From Strigamia acuminata (Eukaryota): a DNA stretch of 64,000 nucleotides. Below, in pieces: positions 22,301-36,900 of this stretch. The stretch lies in contig OX442314.1 of NCBI GenBank assembly GCA_949358305.1, positions 27,280,001 through 27,344,000 on the forward strand. The letters are read 5' to 3'. The notes below the pieces were generated by a model. It saw nothing but the letters and a program-made list of their open reading frames with translations, searched no databases and was not told the DNA's origin. Position numbers and translations under genes: made by a program. The stretch's first letter is position 1. Each line of letters opens with the position of its first letter.

Positions 22301-25300
22301 TATTCTCATTTTTATGTGGAAAAAAAATCGATTAATTTCTAATTTTTACGTATAAAAATTGAAAAACTCACATTAAAGACACAACTAAAGACGGTATTCA
22401 GTATTCGGTATTTTCTTTAAAAATACCGGTTTTTGATAACGGTAAATACCGGTAGAGAAACCCTAGCAGAGCTATCAGAGGATATAAAGTAAATATTCCG
22501 TAAATTGCTTACTACAACAGTCGAAGGATTGCATAGGATGACTACACTTTTGCAGTCGTGATCATACACCAAAGACCAAACGTCTCCCATTGTGTGTTTC
22601 ATGGGCCATTCAGTTACAATGTATTCGCTACATCTATCGTATCCCTGCAAAGTATCCAGACAATTGAGAAATTGTACGCCAAGATTTTAATTTGAGACTT
22701 ACATCAACAAACACTGCATTGATGTAATCTGTGCAGTCATTTCCTTGGAAGGACGTCAAGTAGGGCCGCGAATTATCGGCTGCAAATGTATTAGTTCTAA
22801 GCTAGGAGATATCTTTTGTTGATATCAAACAGTGGGGGAATTACTTACGTGGTACTACAATAACATCTCGATTTTTCTCCCTGTTTTCCAACCGGTGTCC
22901 ACCGGCACAGTCTCCGATGGTGAATTTCGGGGCCATTTTACAAATCTGCTGGAATTCTCGTTCGTAGTCGTTCATACGTTTCAGCCCCTTTCGCTGAGAT
23001 TTCAGTTTCATTTTCTGTGATAAATCGGCCAAAGGGAACCATGAATTGCCACATACCACATATTCTTCTAATGTTTCGTAAATAAATTTGTACTGTTCCT
23101 ATTTAACGACAGAAATGTCAGGTTTATTGCTCCCTGTGGACCACCGTGCATCAAATACACGGCACATTGTGATTTGCTACGTACCAATGTCTCCATAAGA
23201 CCTTTTCTCGCGCTTCTTAACTTTTTACAGAAATTAAAAACATCAAACACACCATCTTCTTCGGAATACTCTAAATTTGCATCGATAGCAATGAATACAC
23301 CGGTTCTGCCCGCACCATCACTAAATCAATTTGGGTTTCAACATTACAACAGAAAAGTGTAAAACGTGTCAAACATTAGCGCTATTCCGAAATAAATAAT
23401 AGGGGCATTTAAAGTTTTTCTTGTTTATAGTGTTTCTATAAACAGAATGGACGCCAAAAACATGCTTAAACCATCACCAAACGGATTTTTGAAACTTGAA
23501 TGAGCTGATTGGATTATTTTGAAATGTATCACAGTTACAAAAATAAAGATAACTTTTGATGTGTTTTGAATATTGTTAAAAACTTTTTTTCCACTGAAAG
23601 AGGAGAGTTTAATTAACCTAGTTTAGTTGGTTTCAGATAATTTTTCTATTTCATAACTACACAGTGATCGAAAGAAAAAGCACTTTATTTGAAAAGATGG
23701 AGTGATTGTATATTTTTGCAACTGGGTTGTAGCATTGCTGCAGTGCACATTGCATAATGACGATTTAAAATTAGAATTTTAAGTGGGAATTACGAAATTA
23801 TTTCGGAATACCGCAAGCAGATTGTAAAGTTGTAGCTTACTTGCAATGCACCACAAGTGGACCAGATTCTGGAATGGTTTTTAGGAATAGTCGAATTCGT
23901 CTTCTAAACTCCAACAAAGCGCTAGCGAATGGACAGCAATGCGAGTGCCATTCTGTATAATGGTATTGATACACAGTTCTCTCTTCTTCTCCCTGAAAAT
24001 TGTTAAAAGTACCGAATTGCAATCCAACTACACTAATTCTCCATAAAAATTTAGGGATTTATTTACCTTTTTCATTTTGATGGTTCTGATCACAAAGTTG
24101 GCAAGTTGTTCAATTTTAATCACTGTTACTTGAATCATTCCATATTGCTCTGTTTGGTTGACGTTGTTTGGCCAATATTGATTGCACATGACCTAAGTGG
24201 AAAGTTTTGAAGTGATTATAGTTTTATAGTATTGTTGCACTGCAAATTATTGTGACAGCATCGTGTCTTAAAAGGACTGGAATGCATTCTTTCATTTTTG
24301 CAAGTGCAGTGGAATTTCTTTAAAGGTGTAGCGAGAGATAGAGATGTTATATATGGTTGCTGTCAACGCACAAATATGAAAACTATTCACCATTTAGAAC
24401 AAATACATAAAGTAAAAACTACTAAATATAGGCAAATCGTTTGAGTTCACTGCTCCGCCACACATTTCCCCACACATGGGGATTATCATCCCGCTGTCAT
24501 TTACATGACTAAATTACTCCCAAGCTTATTGCCCACATCCTCTTGTTTATTATGGGATTTATTTTTCTAAATTAAATTTGGTTTAGATTTACATTAAGTG
24601 TTTGTTTAATTCTGGCTGAAAAATAAGCAAACATCATTTATTTCTAGTGAAGAATTATTTTTGTGGGAAAAAATATTTTATTTATTTTTATATTTCTGCT
24701 TTTTTCTTAAAATTTATTTCCGTATCACTTTGTCACGTGCATGGTCCTGACCCCCATTTTTTATTTTAAATTTTTCCAACTTTTCATTTTAATGAACCCC
24801 AACCCACCTGAAGTTGAAGCCTGAGTTTGTTTACACTTCTTTTTACTTTAACCACAAGTAGGCCGAATCTTATAAATATAAATAGTGTTGTCTACCAGCA
24901 AGCCGGAATTTCTAACCGCCTGACATGCGAATTGAACGGCGGCCATTACAAAGACGTCACACAGACCCGGACCCATTGCACGAATAACTTTGCGCGATTA
25001 TTTGTTAAATTAATTCTATACCAACCAGATTAATCGTACACAACATTGCTTTTATCATGTCAATATACTAAATAAATAATGCTCTTCAAGTTTACAATCG
25101 ACATTTTCTAGATTCGTGAAAACAATCTGTGATAGTTTTTATTAACTGAAATATTTACTTTAAACACTTTCGTGAAACATCGCTGTATGCAGCACCATCA
25201 TCGTAAAATGAAATACATCTTCATTATTAATGTTTATCATTACTCCTTATATAAAAAAAAGAATGGGGCACTAAACCGTAGGAATAAGCCTGATTGCAGC

Positions 25301-28300
25301 AAGAACAGAAACACCGGCTGAAATTCAATTTCATTCAAGTATATTACATGTGAAAAAGAAAATAGGTTAGGTAAATAGAATGTAGGCCGAGTGAGATTTT
25401 AACCCACATTTATTATTGACCTTGCACTTAAATTGCTCATATTTTTTTTAAAAAAACATTTCTTTTTTTTTAAATTTTTATTTTAACTTTTAATTTTTTT
25501 CCTCTCATTCTTTCATCCTCATTCAAACATTCTATTTGAAGACTAGGGTTGAATGTTTGTTTATTTCCAAGAGTGTGTGGGATGTGTTGTTCTATTTAAA
25601 GCGCTAAGTTTACCCTAAGTTTCAAGATGGCGGCCTTGCTTACCTTTATGAAGTCAAATGTTTTAGTCAGCATGATGATGCATGGTGTTTGCACTTGCCA
25701 AACCATTCTCCATAAATCATTGATAGTCTTCTCACTTGGCCCTTGAGTTGCTATGTAAGCATTTGGTTTTAAGATGCTCTAAATGGAATGTCTAATGTAA
25801 TAATAGTGGTCATTTTTTTACATTTATTCTTGAGATACTTACATCAACCCAGGATGCATTGATGTAATCCGTATCCGGTACACCAAACATTGTATCCAGT
25901 ACCACGCGGTTGTAATCGTCTGGAAAGGAAATTTCCAATCGGAGTTTGTCATAAGTTTTTGCAAGCAGAATTGAATTGATGATCATGTCACTGCACTGCA
26001 ATCAATTATTCAACTCCAAGTTCGGCAATTGGATTGAGTGAGGCGAGCGAAATCATTCTTAATTTATGATACGAGTTTGATCTCTTATTAAAGCATTATT
26101 ATTCCTTTGAAAATTTAATCATTAAGGGGCCTATTATAAATTACATAACGCACCAATGGGGGGGAGGGGGTTTTAAATTTTGTTACGTTTCATGTAAAAA
26201 AAAATTTTTAATTTTAAATAATCAAAATATAATCATTTTTTATATGATTTTTGGAAAATTAGGGGGGGGGGGGAATTTTAGTTTTGTTACGTTCAATGTG
26301 AACTAGCAACGTGACCGGTCTCTCAACCGCCCACGCTGCCCTTAGTCACGGTTGCGGCCATGGAGACGACCTGAGCAGTCAATAGTGCCGTGTGGAAGGC
26401 ACAGTGATGATAATAGTGTAATGTGCTCGCTGCTCATGCTCATGGGGGAATGTATTGACCTCGAGATAAAGCGAATAAAGGCCGAAATAAACCTTGAACA
26501 GTGTGTATCGGTCTCGTCTATTTTCTCATTCACTCAATTTTTATCTACCAAAGTGGTAGATAAAAGGTTAAATAATGAATTAGTTTGTTGGATAATAAAA
26601 AATTAAAATGTATCTCCTTTGCAATCAAATGAATTGAATGGGTTTTATTTACTGAAATAAAAGTACTTGAATAATGCGCCACCTGTATTCAGATTATATC
26701 TGCGTAGTAAGAAACAATGACGCTTCAAAAGAAAGCTGTCAAGTGTTTGCGCTATTGTCTATTACTGTTGCTGGGACAATATGTTTATTTCAGAGCTTGA
26801 TATTGTGAAATGAACTGTCAAAAGCATGTTTGGCTCGTTGAATTGGATGAATGAGAGTGTCAGTCAACAAATAATAGGATTGGGCAACAGAAAACTTGAG
26901 AATAAAAATACTTGGAATTCAGTTTCTAATCAGTTTAATGTCCAAATAAATTTTAGGCTTAATGCATTTGTACCACTAAAGATAAAGTTTCTGAGTCTAA
27001 GCCAAGTGCAATGTCCAATAACAAGAATAATGGCTTACCGGTAAGTGTATTTGCTGCTCAGAACTAAGTATAACACTTTTGGTCACAAACTTGCAGATTA
27101 CTCTCAGAGAAATGTTTTTAAAACTAAGTGAGGCTTATCATGGCACCTGTTAGTACTCATTTTTATTTGACAAGACAAGCTCTATGTTATTGTTTTAAAA
27201 AACAGATGCAACCTAATTTAGTGAGTTTAAACAAGAAACTAATTCTTTTGTGTAGATTATATCAGTGTATGTCAACTTTCAGAAGGCTTAAATTGCTTGA
27301 AAGGATAAATTATGTTGAAATAGTCCTGAAGAAATTTATTTGTTTCCAGTGGCCCTATGCCAAAATAACTGTCGGCACGAATGTCGACGGTTCCGCACGA
27401 TTGTGTTCTTTTTCTGGATGATCAGCCACGAAGAAGCCGAAGATGTCTTATTGCTACTATAATATCGATTGGAGGTTGCTTGGTTCTTCCCTTGAATCGA
27501 TTTTTGTTTCTTCTTGGATACCAAATTTTTGACCAATTCAATTTAAAAGTTTGGTGTGATTTTCACCTTGCATTTTTTTATTTGCTTTGCTTTGCTAATA
27601 ATTTCTCTGGTAAGGACAGAAGGTGCAGTTTGTGACTTCAAGAACATCTGCCACTGACCTCTAAATGGTTTTCGGTGGTTTCCTTCGGTACAGATGTGTT
27701 TTAAGTTCTTAATTCCTAATGATATCATTAAATCCCACATTTAACTTAAGGCAGCACTTGGGTGGACAACAAAGGGCACCAGAGGGCCCTTATGTCCCAT
27801 GACACTTTGAGCCAGATGTCAATTTGTACCAGGCATCATTTAGTACCTAGCACCAATTAGGAGCAGACATTAATTGAAACCAGGCACTTATTTGCAATAG
27901 ACTGCTTTATTAAGTGGCCCAAAGTCATGCCACTATGAAATCAGAAAGCATAAAAGCGTAAAACCTATAGTAGATTTAATATTAGTGAACAGATATGGAC
28001 CGTAAAGATGGTTTTTAATGATTGTTGTGGTAATCTGAAGAGTAGTTGTTATCACCCACAGTGTAACGGACTGATCGAGTGATTTAAAGCGACCATATGC
28101 AAGAATGTTATCTCATTTGTTGATAGATGGACAAGATTGGGATTTATAGATCGGGAAAGTGATGGCATACAGGTTTGCCTTTTGTAAGGATATACTGATA
28201 AAAGAAAATTTGAAGGTGAAGTTAAGCAAGTGCATGTTTGGAACAGACACCATGTAATCAATGCAGAAGGAGACTCTTTCAATACATAATGGGAAGAATA

Positions 28301-31189
28301 CCTTGATTCCAATATCAAACTGAAAGTTTACTGTATGGTTTTTAGAAATAACAGATTTATTGATCTTTATTCAGTTTGAGCAATTAATGGTTTTAGACTT
28401 TTGGGTTTTTGTGTGCAAAAAAATGGAATTTTTTGTTTGAATTTGGCATGAGGACACGACACGAAGTACAGACTACAGTTTTCTTTTACGGTAGTGTCAA
28501 TATACCGCATAGAAAAATGTAAAAAGAGATGAAATATTTCTGAATTACTTACAGGGTATCATTTTTTTATTCTGAGTCTTGACTTCATTTGCTGGTTTTG
28601 AAGCATGTCTTGTGCTGTGTGTTTCCACCCTAGTTATCATCTGAAATAGAGAATTATTTGAATTATTTGTATTATATGAATGATATGTGATTTTTATATT
28701 TTTATTTTTATTTAATTTATGAAGAAAAGTGATGATTTTATTTATTGGGTTACGATTCGTCAACAGAATGTTTTTGAAAAATTTCACTTCTGAGATTTGC
28801 TTTTGTTTACACCGAAAACCGACTGCGTAAATGGAAATCCGCTAATCATGAGTCATCTCGAAGATGTTTGGATTTTTATCTTCTTGAATGCACTTGTCTA
28901 GGTTCATGGAAAATTTCACTTAAGTGACGGGAAGCTCAAGATTTCCTTCTATTTTTAGGTATATAGGCAAGTAGCCAAAGAACACTTTTTCTTCATCTTC
29001 TCTCGAGTTGTGCTGGGAATTTATGCTTTTAAGCAAGGACGCAATTGGAGAAATAACAAAAAAATAAATCCAAGAAAAACATGAATTTTACACATAAGAA
29101 ATGCGCACTCAAAATTATTGAGTTACTTTTTTGTGCGCAGGTGAAAATATGTGATAAGACTTTGAACATGTGCCAAACTTCACCTTTTTTTTCTTATTTT
29201 TTTTTTCTTTTTGCAAGTATTTCTTTTCATAGTTTCATTGGTATCTGCAAACTTTGACGTCAATCTCTGATGTCACGATAATAAAGTAGAGGGGTAGTTA
29301 TCTAACATGAAATAGGAAATGGGTCGAAGATTTCAATTTCCTTGCATTTCCCACCTTGGAAACTTTTATTTTATTTTATTTTATTAAAATTGATTTCCTA
29401 AGCAAATGGCGTTGTAAAGAAAACGCGTTTTAGGTGTTGTTGGCGGATCACTGCACAAGCGCAGGAGATGCGCATGGGGCCCCAAATAACCAAAATAAAA
29501 TATTTTTTTGTTTTTAAGCGATAAAAAAAATCTAAAAGTAATAATAACGATACTAAAGGCAACTTCCGCTGTGTTTTGGTCAATTAATTGTGGCAGAACA
29601 CTCAAAAGTAATCATAAGCACATTAAAACAAAACAAATTTCAAACAAAAAACTCGTAAAACATCTCGAGTCAGATTAAAAGAGAAAAATTGTTGTTTATG
29701 TAGTTTATACTGCTTTTAGACAGCAAACAATTGCTGTAAATAGTGATAAACAACTCCAAAAACACCACTAATGTTGTTTTGTGAAGCATTATGCTGCCAT
29801 AATTATTTTTCCTTTGGACTTTTGTAATTTTAGTATCACTTGAGAAAATATCCTTATGAGAATTTGCACATTTGAAAAGCAAACAATTTCATGCAAACTC
29901 CACACACTTCATTTCTTGTTGTTGTTTGTACTCGCACAAACAATAAACAGGAATTTCCAATGCACCAACTAAGTTGTGGATGAGTTAAAAAGGGAAATTG
30001 ATATCTAGTGTGATTGATGACGCCTCGTTAACTTGAGCTGTAAACATGTTGTCAGCTAAAATTAGTGCAGTGTTTTGTTATGTAGAATTTCAACTGGAAT
30101 ATTTCAGGAATTTTGCCAAGCACGAGACGATGACTACACAAATTGTAGAACAAATAAACATTTTAGATTAATTGAAACAACCATTCAATCAACAAATTGA
30201 TAGTTGATATTTGAGTGGATATATAGTTTTCCTCAAATATAATTACACAAGTTTCATCCACTAATTGGATCAACTGTTTATCCACCTACATTATATCAGG
30301 TTACAAACTGTAATTACAAAACGTTATATAATTGAAACGACTAGTGTTCCATTAAATCTATCTTAGGTGCTAGCATAATGGCACACTTTTTTTTCTTTGT
30401 CTTTTTTCTTCTTCTTAGAATGGCTGCACATGTAAGTCATGGCCACACAGATGAATAATTAGATTTGGGTTAGTAAATTCATTTTTAAAAGATTCTGTTT
30501 TAGCTGTTTGTAGTGATTTTACACAGAATGGAGAGCAAAAACACCCATAAACAAAAAACAGAGTGCTTTTTCAAGTGGTTTAGCCTAGTTTGCGCCTTTT
30601 TACAAGCAATTTCAAAATAGTTTCCACGCAAGTTAGACAATGCTTGCAGGTGAAGCAAACACCACGAAAAAACGTGCGAACAAGCAGAATTCCAATGAAA
30701 TAATTGTCCAAAAATTCGCTTATTGGGTGAAAATGAAGGAATTTAAATGATTAAATTATTAAATGATTAATTATTAAATGATTAATTAAAAGAATGTAAA
30801 TAAAAATGAAAAATGCGTACCTGCCATTCACCGCGGAACAAAACTGGGTATTGACGCCGCTGTTCGACGTGTTTAGCGTAACTCGATAAAGGGACCGGTA
30901 CGACTGGTATGGCTTTGAGTGCTCGCTCCTGCTCAGCTGTGGATAAAAGTCCTCGATTTAACATTGTCAACTGTAATTTAGCCGGCAAGACGGAATGGGT
31001 GTTCTCGACGGGCGAAGTGTCCCGGTGTCTGCGCCCCTTGGGTCTCCGGACAGCGGCTTCTCTTTCCCCCGTACCATACATGTGTTGCTCGCTGCCCTCC
31101 TTACTCCATACTTGCATCTGTTTGTCTTTTCTTTTCTTCGCGTGCGATGCCAGCAGAACCCCATGAGCACCTATACGTAATCGCGGCAT
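19315..31189 (-). CDS. Tandem-domain (D1+D2) protein tyrosine phosphatase without TM segment (resembles insect Ptp36E-type PTPs)
   Basis: Exons 31189-30821, 28640-28553, ~25919-25843 (YDYNRVVL..DYINASWVD), ~25778-25644 (YIATQGP..DLWRMVW), ~24192-24067, ~23992-23841 (PLVVHC), ~23320-23182 (SDGAGRTG), ~23100-22848, ~22778-22703 (DYINAVFVD), ~22644-22513, ~21637-21512, ~21110-20923, ~20693-20558, 19413-19315 (TEYKYCYD...NT*). Confidence 0.88.
19656..20256. mobile_element. TIR element in last PTP intron; left TIR interrupted by a short insertion
   Basis: agagtgatttaatgacatta...agagtttgcgggatgcatttttcc is mirrored by ggaaaaatgcatcccgcaaactctctaatatcattaaatcactct. The interruption is flanked by gacattaat (19669-19677, 19736-19744). 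Confidence 0.7.
21956..22464. mobile_element. MITE with tagggtttctc TIR and cggtatt subrepeats
   Basis: Inverted ends tagggtttctc / gagaaacccta; no clear TSD. Confidence 0.65.
27780..28145 (+). pseudogene. Decayed Ty3/gypsy integrase remnant in a PTP intron
   Basis: Broken translation LFAIDCFIKWPKVMPL*NQKA ... RYG ... SCYHPQCNGLIE*F resembles the rve core (IDxFTKWPEA, YHPQxNGxxER), with stops and frameshifts. Confidence 0.6.
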
Positions 31190-31330
31190 TCCGTTACGCT
31201 AAATCGCTCCCAATTTCGGATTAGATATGTCGTTCGTCTGTTTCCAATCTATTGCTCGCTGCTTGTGCTACTCATCTTTCTATTTTTCTTCCTCGTCTCT
31301 TCACACCCAGGCATTTTGCCAAAGCGGAAC

Positions 31331-31345
31331 AGCGCCACCTAGCGG
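31331..31345. promoter_or_regulatory. CTCF-like binding motif upstream of the PTP gene
   Basis: agcgccacctagcgg closely matches the CTCF core consensus, ~140 bp upstream of ATG 31189. Confidence 0.45.
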
Positions 31346-33902
31346 GATGCTGAATCGATTTAAAGACATGGGACGAGCCCTATTCACCGGCAGGTAGGTC
31401 GGGTTAGCTTGGTGCGGTCAAATTTTAATTTCTTAAATTAATTAATTCATTTTTTAATTTTTAATTTCATTAAATTTCTATTTTTTTAAATTTAAATATT
31501 TAAATATTTTTCATTGAGTTTTCAAAATAAAAAAATTTTTTTTTCTCATTTTTTTTTTCAATTATTTTTTTTTTAAAACTATTTTAAGCGTGATATTTCG
31601 CTGTAACGAGGATATTCGTTATTATAAACGTTGTTTGTTCTACCTGTGTTGTTAGAAAAGCGTGTCGCCTTAATGGCCTCTATTTATAGCATACCTCTCA
31701 CTTTGCAGTGCTTCAGCAAATATGAAGAAGAGGAAAACATTGGAAACACGTTTGTTTTATCCGCATTCGTGTGTAAAGAGTTGAGTGTGGACAATGTAAG
31801 ATTATGTAAGATTTATTCATTTGATTAGGCGGAATTTCGAGTTTAAATTGGATAATTGCTGGTAGAAATGGAAATATGAATTGCGTCGTTGCGACTGGTT
31901 TGTGCGGAGTTGATGTTCGATTTTCTAATTATGATGACGCGGCGGAAGTGTTGGCCGGAAACTGTCGTCGGGACTCGTGGGTATTGACACAGATGACAAA
32001 TTACGGTTAAATGTTGGTTTTACGAGCTCGTTTCATGTGGTTTAGTTAGTTTTTATTGCGCGTGTAAAACTTACCGTTTGTAAGTGGGTTGTTTAATCTC
32101 TGCTTTTTTTTGCACTTTGTTAAATTGCTGCAGTTTGTGCAGTGTCTAATTGTAAGAAGAGAAAAGTAATTAGGTCTATAAGAAAGTAATGAAAGGATTA
32201 ACACTACAATTTGGTGCGCTGCAACTGCCTGTCGCTTTAATCACAAACTTGTCTACTGGCAGTGGATAAGGGAAATCATTGGAAAACTTGTCATTTCACT
32301 CAAAAAAGAAAGAAAAAAAAACTAATTTGGCTCATTTCCAAAAAATACAATAGAAAAATTTGTGCATTTAAAGTTTCTGTTTTTGCTGTTTTTTTAGTGC
32401 TTTTTTGGACAGAATGGGCACCAAAAGCACCCAAAACCGTCATCAAAAGTTATAAAAACAGAAAGGACGGCTAGAGTGGTGTTTTCGAGTGGTTTATGCC
32501 TAGTTTTTGTATTTTTACAACCACTGAAAGATGTTAATAAAAGCAAACTTATGTTCATTGATGTGGCCCAGGGCCGGATTTACGCATAAGCAAAATTCTG
32601 TCATTTGGCTTCAGTCAATGTGCAACTTTTCCATTCAAGTTGTGTTTTAGTACAGAAATTGAGTCCCAACCTAAAAAATATTATGAAATTATGCATTAGG
32701 AACCCCCAATTAGTCTAAAAAGTGTTTTCAGAAATTCATTATTACAATAAAATTCCATATTTCCTGAATTTAAGGGTTGGGGAGTTCAGAGTGATGTGGA
32801 GGCTTTAAAAATGGACAATTTCAAAATCTGCTTTGACAGTTTTCATCCAACATCACCTATTTATCACCATCTGTACATGCAAGTTCATTGTCTTAACTAT
32901 TTTGCTTATTGTTGAAGTTTGATTGTCGTGCACTTATCATTTTGTCGCACTTCTATTTTCATTTTTTTGTAATACATTTTTTGTTTGTTTCTCAATCGCT
33001 CCAATTGTTTAAGCAGTTTATTTTGTTATGATTTTGTACCTTTGTTTAAAATTTCAACACTCAACACACGCGCATTGCTGAGAAATAAAGAAAAAATGGG
33101 GGGTACCTATCTTTTTGGCGCGGACTGTACAAGGCATCATGCGGTTGCAAGATGCCAAATGATCTTTCAAACAACGTTGTTCGGCGCCCCGTAAGCAACA
33201 GCAAAGCTGAAACTAACGTATTTGCGGAAGTTCATACCTGGCAAACTTGATTGTAGGTATCATTAGAACCAAGATGAAGGATGACACGCAAGCAAACCAT
33301 ATCCAAGTTGATTCAGGAATCCTGCAACAAAATGTCTCCGCATTTTGTGGGACGGAAGAGTTAGTAGTTGTGTTGTTATCTTCCATGTGTTTTGGCTAAT
33401 GGGCTTGGTTGTTGTTTTTGGGAGGTAAAATCATGGTATGAGGTTACTTTTTGACGATTTGGAACATAATTCTCCGGGCCAAGGTTGCACTTGGTTTTAA
33501 ATTTTTATATCTGTTTCCGCTTTTATCTTGGCCAGTTTCCTTTCATTGAGTTGTTTGTGGTATTTAGTAAAGGGCAGCGTTTGTTTTTAACGTACGGTTT
33601 TATTGGTATTTTATTGTGTGGAAGTTATGATGCGTTCGTGTTATATTGTGGAGGAAATCTACGGAAGTTCTATTTTAAAATAATTCTTTTATTGTGCGGT
33701 TTAAGGCTGGTTCGTAATCAAACAATGGAAATGTTTATCTTTTATGTTAATGGTGTTTCTTTCATGCTACTGAACAAAGAAAGATTATCTAAATGATACA
33801 GTTGGATATAATAACATTGTGGGACATTAGTTGATATTTAAGGCTGGTTTGTGATTAAAAATTGAAATGCTTATCTTCCAAAAAGATATCAAAGTGATTT
33901 AA

Positions 33903-36900
33903 TTATTGCATTGTGTTAACTAATTTTGCAAATACTTTAGAGATGAGAATAAAAAGTAATATTTTGTTCCGTTTCCAAATTATAAATAAATACAAAATCC
34001 ATTTAATGTACTTGACTGTGTAATGAATCCAAAACAACCTATAAAATATACGAACAAAAGGTAGAATACTTTTCGATGCAAATTGAGTATTCTTACTTGT
34101 TGTAAAGTAGTTTAGCTGATGGTGTAGTTTCCAAACTTTCTTTTAAAAGATACTGTTTACATCCTAACACAGAGTTTTGGAAATAAAGGGGCCAATCAAT
34201 TTCTCTTACATCAAAGAAAAAAATCTGGAATAAAAAAATTAAATAAAAAATAGAGAATTAGAGTTGATTAATTATTTTACAATTCCAAGTAGACTACTAT
34301 TTAAGTCTGGGCTACTATGTTGGCACTTGTGTGTAGTAGAAAACATATTTTTACCTTTCTGTCCTCTAATGTTAGTGAATTCCATAATTCTATCATATTT
34401 TCAGATGAAAACACCCATTCTTTAGTCAGAAACGTTTCAAGAACAGAATTAAGTTCCCAGAATTTATTAAATTTCATTTTTAACCTGAATTTAAAATGCA
34501 AAGAATTAGATCGAGGGAAATTTCTGGACAGCAATACTCACCCAGATCTTTTCTGGCGTAGTTTTAAAACGAGATCAAATGGGTAAATAAATGTAATGTA
34601 ATCCAACATCATAAAAAAAGAAAATGTAAGTTTGTTGGTTGGAGTCTGCGGCTGCAATGGTAACCGAATCATCTGGCAGAATGGATTTTTTTGGATTGCT
34701 TGATGGACGTATTTTGAATAAAAGAAAGCAGTTAACGGATTCAAGCTTCCCGTTGCGCAGTTGTACACTTTTACTTCATTGAAACTGCAAACAATTGAAA
34801 AAATATTACAAATTACAATATACTGTACAAGGAATGGGTATAATTGAAATTACGTAAACGTGTCAGTAATAACTAAGAGGTTGGAAAACACGTAGCAGAA
34901 AATGTTTATTGAGATTTGCATTAAGTGGTATGGAATACGAAACTCAATTGGTTTGGAGCACACGACAGATTTGGTAGATTTACGTTAAGAAAACGTGTAA
35001 TCCAAAATATTTGATCAAAATTTACCTCTTCACAGCCGTTTCCCGCGCAACAGCTATAACTAGGTTTATACACACGTCAACAGGCACTATGTCTATAACT
35101 TTATTTACACGGCAATGAACAGTCCTTGTCAGTCCTGTGCCAATTGCCAGAATTATTCCAGACGAATGGTTATAACTGTCAATCCAACCCTGTAACACAA
35201 ATCAATAATCAATATCTAAAATTTTGTAAAAATCGATCAAAAAGAGCACTGCAATTTGTCTATTCGTATATTTTAAAAAAAAAATACGTTGTGACTATCA
35301 TGGGAGGGACGCATACTCACGTAAATGATTGAGACAGGGACTCCAGATTGTTGGGTTTTGGCCTTTAATCGTTGTCTAGGTGTCAGAGTCTCCCATCTAT
35401 CCATGTGTGGCAGTGCTGTTAGGCACGCTACACCAGCAACCGACCCGTCACACACAGTGCGCGAACCCATGGGTGACGTGGTCGGTTGCACACGAACATT
35501 CTGTCGTACTTACCCCGTACGACCCATGTATCCGCTCATGGAGGCTGCAGCAGGCACATCGCCATGTTACTGAGCGTCACAGTGGTGAATGGTGAGAGGA
35601 GCAGAGTCAGCACCTTCGCAACACACGTCTTCTCTCTCGGGTCTCTCAACAACATGTCTCTCTGCTCTCCCAGCTTTTTCTCTTTTATCACACAACTCGG
35701 CTCCCTCCTTTCCTAGATGGGTCAGTCCATCCTGCAAAAGGGGTGACCTTAGGGCCAATGGGCGGTATGTGGAGTGACGCAGGTCACCGTGGGTGACAGT
35801 GGACGGCCATTGTCAGGATACATGACACATGGACACATGACACGTGTAAATAGGATTGACACAAGACATTGTATTTAAGGTTTAAGAGCTTTTCTTGCGT
35901 TTTGACGAATGGTTTTTGGGAATGGTAAGCTTATTTCATTTCAACCATCTTCATAAGCAAAAATAAAAAATCTTACCGCATAGGGTTCCTGAACAGATGA
36001 AGATACTACAGAAGGACGGATAATAGCAACGGGCAAGTTGCCATGTTGTTCATTAATCAATGTTTCCGCTAAACATTTGGTAAACGAATACGTATTGGGA
36101 TGACCATTGAGGAGAATTGGAGTGATTTTTTCTATTATATCATCGTTTAAATTACTGAAATATTGAAATGTCTAATTCTGAGTAAATCATCACTAAGAAA
36201 GTATTGTTTTATTGTTTTACTTGACTATTTCTATTATTGTGTTTGGTGATAGAGTTGGAGGATAAACAATTTCATCTACGGAGCTTTTTATGCAATTGCT
36301 GTATGCTGTTGAAAGGTGGATTATTGCCTGAATGGTGAACATAAAAGTTACTGTAAGCTGCAAATTTAAACTGAGGCTGCATTCGAAAAGTCATTTAGAC
36401 CAAACAGCATTTGCAATGCAGACATCATTTAAACAGCAAAACGTTTTTAAACTGACGTTTTTAAACTGACTTTTCGATTGCGGCTTGTGTTTACGCTAAC
36501 ATACGACGAGGGAATCCATTTTTCTGCACAGTTGCAACAAGAAATTGATGGGCAATAGATTGGTGCGAATTGATTGCTTCAAAGGTTCGTTGAATCTAAG
36601 AGATGCTGCAAAATAAAACACCACCGATACATTCTTCGCGAGCATTTCGAAGTCTTCGCTGCTTAGCTTAAAGTCGGGTTCCAAAACATCACCATTAATT
36701 GAGATTAATTTAGACAATGCTCCAGGGTTTTCAGCTCGTAGTCTGTCAAATATCTGTTGCAAAGAAAAAGAAAGTGTGTAGACTGAAATTTGAATCTATT
36801 CAACTCATTCTTGCGAGTGATGTGTGACGTATACTCTGGCACATTATAAGATTGGCCTTTCTCCCATAGACCCAGCCTCATTACTCCTAACTGTAGACTG

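Noticed and set aside
27000..27640. Possible nested plus-strand gene in a PTP intron (donor ~27041, acceptor ~27349)
   Set aside because: The joined frame stops after ~33 codons; the region adjoins a gypsy remnant.
33100..33360. Tc1-like terminus with possible transposase remnant
   Set aside because: Only one end is recognisable and the protein similarity is too weak to support by eye.
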